Source of the DNA: Pocillopora damicornis
Taxonomy: Eukaryota
DNA: 64,000 bases
Direction: 5' to 3'
Assembly (NCBI RefSeq): GCF_003704095.1
Contig: NW_020847187.1
Span: 62,001 to 126,000, forward strand
A program made the translations under genes and the position numbers. Positions 25,370 through 36,402 of this stretch are shown one piece after another (within the stretch, counting starts at the first letter, position 1; each line of letters starts with the position of its first letter). The notes beneath the pieces were generated by a model. It saw only the letters and a list, made by a program, of their open reading frames with translations. It searched no databases and was not told the DNA's origin.

Positions 25370-28300
25370 ATTTATTTTACTCTCTTTTATTTTGTGTTAT
25401 ACAGGGTGCCCGTTGATACCAGTCTTGTGACTGAAGGGGTCACCCTGTTTAAATATCAATTATTATTGTTATAAAAGAAACTTTGCAAGGAAACGAATGT
25501 TGTAATGCTGAGTTGATGGCACATCTTATTAGAACTTACAATATAACTCCTGATGCTTTTTGTTTCTTACTATGCAACAGCACCTCCAACAACAGCTCCT
25601 CCGTCAACAGCTACTCCGACTGGAACACAAAGTCCACCACCAGATATAGGTGAATAGTTTGGTTTTATCCTTATTTTAGCAATATACAGAGGTCATTAAC
25701 TTATTATGATATTAAAGCCATTTTTTTTGCTCATGGGTGGCCCCCACAGGCACTGACACAGTTGCTTTTCAGCCAAAGTTCAAGGATAAATTGTGTAATC
25801 GTTGCGGATAATTCTAAAATAATTATTGTTGGTATGTTGTTATGTTCTCTGAATCCTGGAACGTTTTTTCTAACGCTGCACATGCAGATTACTGTTTTTT
25901 TCAAAGCAAAAACATTAGATGAGGATTGTTTCCCCTCCAGCTGAGCTTTTAACAAACTGGATGCCTTCCTTGTAATCTAGAGGCAGTTCTGCTCTTTATG
26001 AGGAATTAGAGTTCGTAAAAAAAAGCTCTCTGAACTTAACCTTATTTATTCTTTTATCTGTAATAGTGCAATTTTTACTTTTTGCAAATCAGTAACAAGT
26101 CAGTGACAGATGTATATGGTCTCACAAGCGAAATGACAGAAATTTGAATTTATTTTCAGAGCAACTCAAGAAGGATGTAGAGAAGCTTGTTAACGTCTTC
26201 CGAAATCTCCACCAAGCCTCAGATGTGTCAGATAGTCAGGAACTGAACCAATTAGCCAGCGAATGGGCAGAAAATCTCGCAGCTTCTGGCGAAGAAAAGA
26301 TTGATCCTGACTCAGAATTTGGGCAACTGGTATGCAGCCATCAGGCAGAAGCTGATATTGCCAAGGCATGCGCAGTCAAGTGGTATAGTGCCATCAGGTT
26401 CTTTGACTGGGCTGATCCTAAGCTCACTGTAAAGACGTCTCCGTTCACACAGCTGGTATGGCAAAGTACCACAAGCATCGGAGTTGGTATCGCTAAAGCT
26501 AAGGGAAATGCCAAGAGAGAGAATGTCGCGGGCAAATATTATATTGCAGTGTTTTTAAGTCCTGCACAGAGTGATGACAAGGTTAAAGAAAACGTACTTC
26601 CTGCGGCTGGTAGGTGATTCATGTGCTCTTACGTTGCGCTTAATGAAGATTCGAATTTCATTATCCAGTATATTGTACACCAGGAGAGGCCTATTTACAA
26701 AACATATGTATGTAATAGCAATCTGTAATCTTCTGATCCTTCACTTGTTTGTGTTTTTCTCCAGGAATCTCTACACCCTCACCAGATGGTAAGTATACGT
26801 GAAGGTAAATGGAAAAAATAGTTTCAGAAAATAACCAGTCTGTCAAACTTACTTGATACGTAAATGCTACGTAGGTGTACACACAAACCTAATCTTTCCA
26901 TCGCCAAACGTACCTCCACAATGGCCCACGTACCTGTATTGTTTCGGTATAATTCAAACAACAGAAAGAACACCATACTCCTACAAGTTCCACAACTTTA
27001 TTAAACAACGTGAAATATTCTTACTAAGGTGCGATTCCTGTAGGCGATACAGTAATTATCCTTGATAAAATAACTTAGGCCCACTACAAATTATAAATTA
27101 GCTCACCACTGCCACAATCTGATAGTTGTGTCCAAATCTCCTTGAAATGAATAATCTTCCACAATAGCTCTCTCTCGGTATCGCTCTCCGGACAATCAGT
27201 CACACCAGACAACAACAACTAGTACCACACAACTGAGTCCTTCTATACACTTACACAAAGTAGTCTAGAATCTGGAAGCTTAAAAGACAACTATTTTCGA
27301 AATATTAAATCATGACTACATAACCCAATAGAATATTCTGGAAAGTTCTATGGTATGCCAGACAATAGAAAGCTCTTTTATGTATGTCAGCATAACTAGG
27401 CATTCTAGAAATTTCTAGAAACTTATTTTCACAATCAATATCTATAAAAACATTCCTACCTATTCGACTACTTACCATCCTACCTAACCTTTTAACTACC
27501 TACATATTAACCTATTTCCCCACTAATCAGATTCCCTGCCTTCTTGCTTACCAAGTTACCTTCGTACCTACTTACCTACCTATTTATCAAATTTCTTTCT
27601 TCTCCTAGCTAGTGATAAATTAATTTACCTGCCATTTGTTAGTTTGCTTGTTTTGTTTGGTGAGCCATTTATTTTATGTCCTAATCTATTCGTCTTTCTC
27701 ATTCTTCGTTTATCAAGCTGCCTGTCCTGAAGGCTACTTTAAAATACCGATGGGTGTTACTCGATCATGTTTCACCGTCCGTAACACACCAGTGACCTGG
27801 GATGACGCTCTGCTTGGTTGTGCTCTTGATAACGGTACCCTGGCTTCGCTTGAGAGCAGAGAGGAAGCTGACCTGGTTGTTAGTTTAATTGCAAGTAAGC
27901 TAACATCCTACTTTGTTCGAAACTCAAATGTAATAAACTCGAGATAGCCATTCACTAAATTAAACACCCTTTTGAAAAAGAGCCCCTCCCATCGGCCAAA
28001 ATCTAAGATAAAAAACCTCCCTGACTCGAGTCAAGTGTCTCCTCCCTCCTCACAGTTTTATGGACGAAAACTAGAACACAGTAAAGGATAGGTAATGCGA
28101 ACGATTAAGAGCTTTGAGTTCCCCTTCCACGATGAAAATTGGCACTTACGATGCTACAGGTTTTGAAGTGGAGGTGCAATACGTTACATCGAGGCCGTGG
28201 TAATAGGTAAAAGTTCCACGAACGAAATTACTTGCTTTTAAGCTATTACCCAACCATTTGTAGTTCAATGCCCTCGAGGTAGTGCCACTACCATTTATTA

Positions 28301-31300
28301 GTGATTGCTGGTCCACACATAGTGCTGGTTGATGAATGAAAGCTTAACAAACGTCCTCTGTTTTCTTGCACGATTTTATAAAGAAGCCAACCTTACAGAA
28401 GCTTGGATTGGACTCCATGATCGCTCAACCGAGGGCCGTTACGTTTGGGTCTCAGGATCGCAAATTCCATTCTCCGAGTGGCTGCCCGGTGAACCTGATG
28501 GAAATGAAGGACAGAGCTGTATCGTGCAAGCCAAAGGGGAATATGGACCTGGATGGGCTGACAGACAATGTTCCGATAGAAAGGCTTTTGTCTGCGAGGT
28601 TCCCGCTCCTGGTAAGAAACAATGATAATACAAAGCTTAAATCATATCTTTCAGTCATTCTCTAATCAACAAGTTACATTGGGTGTAAAGCTTTAATTGA
28701 CGTAAATGGCAATGACACTCGGTTCTTTATGGCCAAAGGACACCGATACATTTTCGTTGATCGTGGAATTATTATGTGATAACTATGGGACCTGTAAAGT
28801 CTGTCGAGACGCCGGTTATAGGATCACAACTCACGATAGCCTTAAAACAATATTCACGTTACTTAAATACATTTAACAGCATAAGTACTCATATTCAATA
28901 TACATTCATGCAAATCATGCTGATCAATTACCACAACAAAATCCTGCTCAAAGACACAACATAACAGGAATTACCAAAGAATGGGCGACCATGCTTACGT
29001 TTGCACATGTATTAGCATACAAAATATACTTATCATGATGTCAGGATGAAATCAACGACAGGTTCTTGTTTAAAGTAAGCCTGATTGATTGGTCGGCTAT
29101 TCTCTTTTGTGTTATTGTTAACTTCTCAATGCAGGTCATACCTTTTACAAGTTAACGTTTAACCTGACGGAACCACAAACACAGTCGTCCCAGTACACCT
29201 CCTATTCTCAGTACTCCCAGTCCTTTTATCCTGGGTCATATTACCCAACCGTGTGTGCACCTGTCATTCAGAATGTGAATGATATTCTCAGGGATACGGT
29301 AAGCTACTGTATGCGTAAATACTTTGTGAAAAAAGGTAGAATGAGGCGGTTATGACGTGGAATTGAATTTTTAAGGAAAAGGGTCACCTAAGGATTATGA
29401 TATACAATGGAATTGTAAAAAAAAAAAAAATGAAAGACTAAGTTGTATGCTTTTAGAAAAATTTTTAGAGAATAGAAAATCGTGACCAGTCTGTAATTGT
29501 TATGGTAATATAATTCTTAACCTGGAAAAAATCACGTTCTCCAACTCTTGAGGCCATAAAGCCACACCATCGCATCGGCTACAATTCATTCATTATTAAT
29601 TGCTCCATGTCAAGTTTTCGTTCAGGTATGCATAATGATTTTTCCTTCATAAACCCGAAGTGATTGTATTTGCACATATAGTGATCAGTTGCAAAGCAGA
29701 CTTGAGAACTTAAACAAAATAAATAACGCATGCGCAATGGTACTCTGCTCTCTTAAACCATTTGACCCCAAAGAGTCTAATTTATCCATACAATATCACC
29801 TGAATCGAACATTAAGTTCACAAGCCGAATAAAGGAAATGATCACCGACTTAAGTTCTCGATTGTTCCACAAATTCTCCTTGTCAGCACCTTAAGAAATG
29901 CAAAGAGAACAGTATGGAGAATATTCATGCTGATGTTATGGTGTACAAGGGTTAATCATCGATAATATATCAAATGATATATGGTCCTTCTCTTACTGAA
30001 GGAAATTTTGAAGGCAAATAATTAGAATTCAGGCGAAAAAACTTGGCTTTTATTTTAGAGGACTCTTTCCTCAATTCCAGTGTGAAAATAGTTAAGAAAG
30101 TTGAGATATCGTGCTCAGTATCGGCCGAACAATCTAAGGAACCGATGATTGAAGAATTGTACTCTTTTTCCCTCGCTCGTGGCAAATGTCAATCACATTC
30201 TTACTTGTCTTACTACTTAGAAGTTTAAGCCCAAGTCTCAAAATAAGAATACGAAAGCTGAAACTATTTTTGTTTTAACATTTTGTTGATTTGTTAACTC
30301 TTTGACAGATCGCTCGTTACTTCCAAGCAAAGAACCTTTCAGTTCAGCCAATTGTGAACACAATCAGGTAAATGAATCATCTACGTACTGAATAATTGAA
30401 TTATTTTTCTTTTGATTTAAGAGTTGTCTATTTTCTCCCTTTTTCTTTAGGTGCTTGCCAGACGGCAAATCAATTGTTGAGGTTATCTTGAGGTTAGGTC
30501 CGGAGGCCAGTCCTGACTCGATTGATTCACTTAAGACCAGTATTAATGAGAATGATGGAGAACTGGAACTAGAAAATGGAGTATCTGCTAAACTTATCAA
30601 TGTGACAATTCTCCTGCCAGGTAAGTAGACCATCAAGCTCTATGCAAGTGGGAAACAAACGTTTATCTTAATTGGAATGTGGTGGTATTGACTAAATTAA
30701 TTATGACGTAGAACGAAGTAATTGTGAGCATTCCAAAATTGCAGGATACTGATGGTGGATTGGTAAAATGGAACACAGCGCTCAGTTGTCTTCTTCAAGT
30801 TAACCCAACTATATCTAAACCAGCCTTTAACTTCATATTTGTATTTTGTTTTCACTCAGTTTGGGAGTATTATCATTGCATTACGCCCAAGAAACATTCA
30901 GAGCGTTTAAGGTTTAGAGCCACTTCATGACAATAATTAATTAGGCAGATGAGAAGAGGTTTGATATCCGCTGCTGGCCTTTTGCCGTAAATTATATGCT
31001 CATTTTCATTACAATAGCAAGAGAAATCCACGGTAGGCTGCAACTCCTTAATTCTCACGGTTTGCTGAGTGAGCAAGGGTCTCTTGATCAAATGTGACCT
31101 CTAATAAGACCTCGTAAAATGTTATTGTTCATTTGTGCCACAGGCGCTGACCTCGTAAAATTTTTTTGTTCATTTTTACCACAGGCGCGTCACTTTGCCC
31201 AAACCAATGTGTGAGCAGCACCTGTCAGCCAGGTTGTGACCCGACTTGCTGCGCCCAGGCTCCAGCTCCCGTAGCAGCAGTAGGAGTAGCAGCAGGAGCA

Positions 31301-31489
31301 GCAGCAGCGGGAACAGCAGCCGTTCAGTATCCATCACCAGCTTCTTACCAACCTGAACCAATCTACCCCCAAAGAAACCCATACCAGTGCCCCATTGCTT
31401 GCACCAATAATGTTAACTTCTGCCCATCTTACTGCGCGCCATATTGTTGTAACAAAAGACGATCGCGAGTAAGAATACATAAGTTTTAA
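16995..31489 (+). CDS. Gene B: secreted NOWA-like multidomain protein SP-pro(RERR)-PLAT-LamG-EGF-Thr/Ser/Gly mucin-CAP-CTLD-SEA-CRD-CRD-basic tail (~1177 aa, 22 coding exons)
   Basis: Exons: 16995-17046, 17813-17866; 18528-18672, 19088-19190, 20199-20313 (PLAT); 20453-20568, 21117-21207, 21698-21976, 22357-22575 (LamG); 23150-23191; 23322-23432 (EGF CEPNPCLNGGTC..YRCIC..YAGVKCE); 23580-23612, 23962-24489, 25581-25649 (mucin-like); 26160-26609 (CAP); 26765-26788; 27718-27894, 28384-28611 (CTLD); 29135-29298, 30309-30367, 30451-30620 (SEA-like); 31185-31489 (two CRDs). The total of 3534 nt is divisible by 3 with no internal stops. Confidence 0.85.
19310..19478 (-). repeat. Short dispersed repeat with a minimal hammerhead motif (copy 2)
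   Basis: Minus strand GCT-CTGACGA-AGGGC-taat-GCTC-GAAA-CTTC-AGC at 19443-19477. Confidence 0.7.
19530..19950 (+). mobile_element. 3' remnant of a restriction-like-endonuclease (REL) non-LTR retrotransposon in an intron of gene B
   Basis: Degenerate translation VSLFEMSCRGIGNR*VKAVEKTTRYGPLEW...IIDVQRSYSREVSRAL...MQKSIL resembles the E(L/M)SCP..N...K..KY..L motif of REL endonucleases. Confidence 0.55.
24055..24395 (+). repeat. Coding tandem repeat in the mucin-like exon of gene B (GGTTRKAGTTAK[PS]TSG unit, 4 copies, spacing 120/84/84 nt)
   Basis: Recurrent ggaggaaccac[at]cgcaaa[ag]cagg near 24058, 24178, 24262 and 24346. Confidence 0.85.
24712..24910. mobile_element. ~200-bp MITE-like element
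   Basis: Terminal inverted repeats ttaacccctttaact ... agtgaaagggtcaa with TTAA-like ends. Confidence 0.55.
25320..25368. repeat. (TA)n microsatellite
   Basis: Directly visible. Confidence 0.95.
26160..26609 (+). CDS. Gene B CAP/SCP (GAPR-1-like) domain exon
   Basis: VNVFRNLH, LNQLASEWAENLA, WYSAIRFFDW, FTQLVWQSTTSIGVGIA, ENVLP. Confidence 0.9.
26935..27433. mobile_element. Dispersed repeat, solo-LTR-like (copy 2)
   Basis: Diverged homolog of 1582-2041 in the same orientation. Confidence 0.6.
27718..28611 (+). CDS. Gene B C-type lectin domain (2 exons)
   Basis: CPEGY..SCF..TWDDA...C...GTLAS; WIGLHDRSTEGRYVW; WLPGEPD; SC..WADRQC..AFVCE. Confidence 0.92.
29752..29955. mobile_element. ~200-bp MITE-like element related to 24712-24910
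   Basis: ttaaaccatttgacccc ... gtgtacaagggttaa termini; internal caaattctcc and aataaag blocks shared with 24712-24910. Confidence 0.5.
31185..31489 (+). CDS. Gene B terminal exon with two minicollagen-type cysteine-rich domains and a basic end
   Basis: CPNQCVSSTCQPGCDPTCC and CPIACTNNVNFCPSYCAPYCC followed by NKRRSRVRIHKF*. Confidence 0.85.
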
Positions 31490-32687
31490 CCCCGATTTCA
31501 TTTTACCGGTGTTAAACAAAATTTTTAGTTTGTAAACGTTTTATTTTTAAATAGCTTTTGACCCTACTGTAGTTTGTTATGAATGGTTTGATAATTTAAA
31601 GAAGATATCTGGCGTTAGTTAGATTGTTTTTTCTGCAAAACATATTTAATGAAAAAGATAATGTAGAACTGAGTCAGTTTCGATAAAGATATTAAAATAA
31701 TGTATATTAATCATGATCTAACCACGAAGCAAACAAACATGGTAGGGTCCTTCGCACAGACAAGTGTTTAATACGCTTTTCAGTTTAACGTTCCGATTTA
31801 TATAACTTAAGGGGAACGACAAAGACAGTAAGTTACAAAAACAGTAACACTAACAAAACGTTGTGAGACTCTAGCATCAGCGATTGATGTCGGTTGGATG
31901 TTTGAACTTGTTTATTAGGTTAAATAAAAAAGCTTGCAATTATAAATTATATTTTGATTTGTTGAAAAGAATATCTACTAGATCAATGTAGCAAATTCGA
32001 AGTTAAACCATGTGGACTGAAAACCACAAACGTTTTCTTCTACTGAAAACCAGGAACTTCCTTTTGGTAGCGGTGTATATTCAAGCAAACCAAGAGAATG
32101 TAAAAAGTTTAAAATCTCTTGAGCAAACACAAAGTACCGTTTCTTGAAATATTACTTCTGAAATCAATTACCGATGGCTTATGCATAGTTTAATTACAAT
32201 TTCCACTTTGCATAAAGGAAAAAGTTTTTCCTTCAACATCTCGTTGGAATATTCTAGCCAAATTACAAAGACCTGCGAAAAATATATTTGAGATAAAATA
32301 TTTTCTGAGGGGTTACTAAAATTTTAGAATTATTGGAGAGGCTCGTTTTTCTAAGGGCCAAACTTCTGCCGCTCAAAATTTCCCTTTTGATTTATATAGA
32401 GGTTTTACCTGTGAAGAAATAAACACAGTTTAGCTCTACAAGTCTTTTTTTAAAAACAATTTTGATGTTTGCACAAGTCGAAATTGCCACGTGGGTTAAT
32501 CAAATTAAGTAAAAAATTTGGCATCAGTTTGGAAGATTTAAGGTGGCCATTATCATTGTTTTCATGAATTACAATTATTTTTTCTGACCTAGAGTTCCGG
32601 TTTTCTACTCATAGACAACACTGCCCCTTACGTTAACTTTCCGTGGTGAAAATCTTCCCTAAGCATCTCTTTGTAATTCGAATGAAT

Positions 32688-33034
32688 TCAAGTCAACTCT
32701 TTGTTCTTTTGTAGCAGGTGTTTTCGACACGCACGTGTCTCTTTCAAGATATTTCTTCTTGCGTCGTCGTCGTCATTTTTCGCATCTTTCATTTTCCTCG
32801 AGTTCAAATCGTCGTGAACATTTTCCAGCTCTGTCTTCAAACGTTCCATACGAGATCTAAGATCGTCGACTTGCGCCTTGAAATCCGATTTCACAACTCT
32901 AATTCTGGACTCCAGAGTGGTTAACTTTTCCTCAATCTGTGTGGTGGTGTTGAAACATTTCGATGGACTTTCTTCCCTCACGTCACGCATCTTTCTAGTG
33001 TCATCTTTGTTTGAGTCCATTCCTGTTTCGTTCA
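32688..33034 (-). CDS. Possible terminal exon of an unknown coiled-coil protein
   Basis: 115-aa ORF with a heptad-like helix (IEEKLTTLESRIRVVKSDFKAQVDDLRSRMERLKTELENV), preceded by an acceptor-like ttctattcggtaacag; no upstream exon identified. Confidence 0.4.
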
Positions 33035-33533
33035 CTGTTACCGAATAGAAATTGATATTGTATACAAATATACAAATAAGTCACGGTAAAACATTCCCGT
33101 CGAGTCGTACAGAAAAAATGCAAATGAGATTACTTCGAGGTTAACCACAACTGATGAGCCTCGATGTTATGTGGTGGCTCCAAAGGAATGAGATTTAATC
33201 TTATAATTCATTTATACGGGGAATTCAAATGTAAAGTTCCAGAGAAAGACCTGTACATATCACTAAGAAATCTGACATGCAAATTCGCACAATAGAAAAG
33301 AATTGACCAGGGAGTAATCACAAAAGGAGTGAGTTTTTTTTGCTGAAAAACAAATCTCACAACCAGGAAAATCACGCAACCAGATAATGGGAAACCAGCA
33401 TCAAAAAGTAAACATCTTTTTCGCCCTAATTTATGCAGATATAACGGCGATGATTTCAGTTGGAACCAGTTCTCGTTGAACCATGAATTAAGTAATTTTT
33501 CGCATGATTATTTCAAACTCTTCATTATTTACC

Positions 33534-34176
33534 ATGAGGGGTGCGGTAGCAGTGATATTTCTTTCCTGTGTCATTCTTACACTTTTAGGTAAGTAGCAGA
33601 AACTTTTATCTTTGTGTCGCTTTCCCTACCAAGTCCATGTCAAGCCACAGCAAGACTGAAATTTTTCCTTTGTAACATATCTTCCCGCAACCGAATAGGG
33701 CTTGAGTTCACTGCGGATGGTACCGTGATTTTAAGACAAAAAGTAAGGATGTTAACTGAAATCCAGTTTTCAGTATTACCTCAACATCTAAGTCTGTGAT
33801 TTTACTTTTAAATTACACTCGTTATCAAGTCATCCTTTATCAGATATAATCACATGTTCATGTTTACCTTAACAAGGTTGCTCAAGCTACAAGTTTTATG
33901 GGAAACGGAAGTTAGGACTGATTGCATGGAAAATACCCGGCATTCGTCCGATTTCTGCTATTTATTCTTTATTACTTTGTCGCAGAGTTGTTTCATGGGG
34001 ATTCCACTGAACAGCCAACAAACAGAAGAAGAAGAACAATCTATGACGAAGAAGGATTCCCGGATGATGAATATGACGGTGACCATGGTGACGAAGATGA
34101 ATATTACGGAGCCGGTGACGAGGAGGACATCCGTTTTAGGAGGCAGCAGCACCAGCGAAGATATCAGAGACAATAA
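33534..34176 (+). CDS. Gene C: small secreted acidic prepropeptide (81 aa, 2 exons)
   Basis: Exon 33534-33588 (MRGAVAVIFLSCVILTLL, G|gtaag) plus exon 33986-34176 (cgcag|, phase 1): ELFHGDSTEQPTNRRRR-TIYDEEGFPDDEYDGDHGDEDEYYGAGDEEDI-RFRR-QQHQRRYQRQ*. Confidence 0.75.
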
Positions 34177-36402
34177 CAAGACGACAATGAATTCTATTGA
34201 ATTGAACAGTGCATCATGTAGATACGTTGTTTTGATATGAGTGATATCGGCCCCAAAGGCCAACAAACATTCTGTACAAGAATTGTTTTCCAGGTAAATG
34301 TTAAGTTCTTTTGTTTTTGATCAATACCACTCGGAGATGCAAAGCAAGTAAATTTGTCAACCAACTTGTAAAGCAGCTGTCTGTTATGCTGATTTAATTT
34401 TTAAAGAGGTTTAAACTTGGCTAGACGGAGTACGAAGATAATAACGAAACAACAACAACCACACTGAACAGGATCTGCTACCACAAACTTTTGGGTAACA
34501 AGAAGAAGGAAATCAACAATGTAAACAACAGTAAAAATAATAAAAAAGAATTTTCACATGATATCTTCTAGCCCTGATTTACATTGGAATCATTGTGATC
34601 TTCCGGAAGCTTCTCAAGCATCGTTTACAAGGATTAGAATTTTGAGTGCCAAACTTCTCTTTTTTTGGTATCCTTTCCGCAAAACAAATGACGGAGAGCT
34701 GGAAACAGGCTTTCTCCGTATTATTTCCGCAAGAATGAGTTGTGAAATTGTGATGCGGATAGCTACAGTTATCTGCTATTTAGATGATAGATTTAACCTG
34801 ATATTAAAACAAATTGAAACAGCACGCTATCGGTGATTAGTACCAAAAGACGCCGTATTCTGGGAAGCAATTATGGGCCACACCTAGTGTTCTAAAAATA
34901 AGGGGGCTAATAAAATTTCCAGAACTGTATCATACAAAGATCGACTAGGAGGTTATTAAAGAGCGTTGTTACTTAAAAGTGATACATTTTATCAAACTGA
35001 TGAGCATAAAAAATTTATCGGTGATTTTATTAACAAGCATCTAAAAACAATTTGAGGAGGTTTTCACAACTTAACTTTAAAGGAAACAAAAGTCTAAGGG
35101 TTTGCATGACCAGAGAAATAATTTAAAAATAGAGTTAAGACTTTAATTGCCATCCACGCCCACAAATTTGTTTATTGGAATGAGGATAAATGTTGTGCCA
35201 AAGGCAGATGCCCTATGTTTGGAAAACAAAGCGGGTAAAAAGCTGGTTGCAAATTAAAAAATACTTTTGATCCTTCATATCGATCTGCTAACAGTAATGG
35301 AATGAACTGTGGATGCTAAATCCAAAAAATAACTGAACGAACCAATTTATTTCGATTGTACAAGAAATTTAGGACTATTTTTTTTTTTTGCATTCGATCT
35401 CCATTACACCTAAAAGGATATATTTTCTCGTGATATAACTTGTTTACTCTTGGATGAAGACTCCTGGAACTGTTTTTGATAACTAAACTACATTATTTAT
35501 TCATAAAATACTCCGTGGTCGAGACCATCAGTGTGAACCAAGATGAAAGATAAAGACAAGAAATAATCCACGTGAAAAACGAACACAAGCTAGGATTTCT
35601 CAACTTAATTGTTGATGCTGTTTCAAAACAGGGTAGGCGTCCATTTGGTAATAATTTCATTCAGTTTTCTTCGCTCTCTTTTGTGAACAGGGTAAGTAAA
35701 ATAACAACTGACTCAAAATACAATCATTTGTAGTCTCGTTTTCCTAAAATAGTACCTCCACAAATAACTTTAAATATGTGACAATGTGATTCAGAAATCC
35801 TTAAGGTTGAGATGGAAAATTTTGTCCGACGACCAGAATTTTTGTTTTAAATTGATTGAAGTAGATATTATTGAATAAGCTACTACAATTACCCATCACA
35901 ACCCAATCTGATTCAAAACAAGCCTGGAAGTGGTTTAGAAGCCATTTCATCTTTTGGGCTAACCCAAGCTGGGAACTCTTCACTAAAACTATGATGAAGG
36001 ACCGCTACGTTCCGTTTTAGTGTAAGTTATCTCAACAACGTCAATTGTGTACTTCATCGACAAAAATGAGCTACGGTGATATAGTTATTTTGACGAAGGT
36101 TCACATTAGATTATTTCCTAAACTAACAACCCATTTTCCTTGTATAATTTTTATATCATGATATAAAAAAGGTTAGATTTTCATGGTTGGCAAACAAAAG
36201 CTATATTTCCGTTTGGGTGTCATTCACCTGCTCCACATTCACGGCATTGACGAAAACCTTATCAATAACAGATTCGACTAATATGTTTTTACCTTTATTG
36301 CAGTAACAATAACACTTCAATAGCAAATGCTCTTAATATCACACGAGAGCTGACTAACTTACAACCTTTTTCTTCTATATAAGAATAAATTTGGTTGACG
36401 CA

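Noticed and set aside
33190-33530. POU-like and E-box-like motifs upstream of cluster genes as a cnidocyte regulatory code
   Set aside because: Short AT-rich motifs are expected by chance; enrichment cannot be tested here
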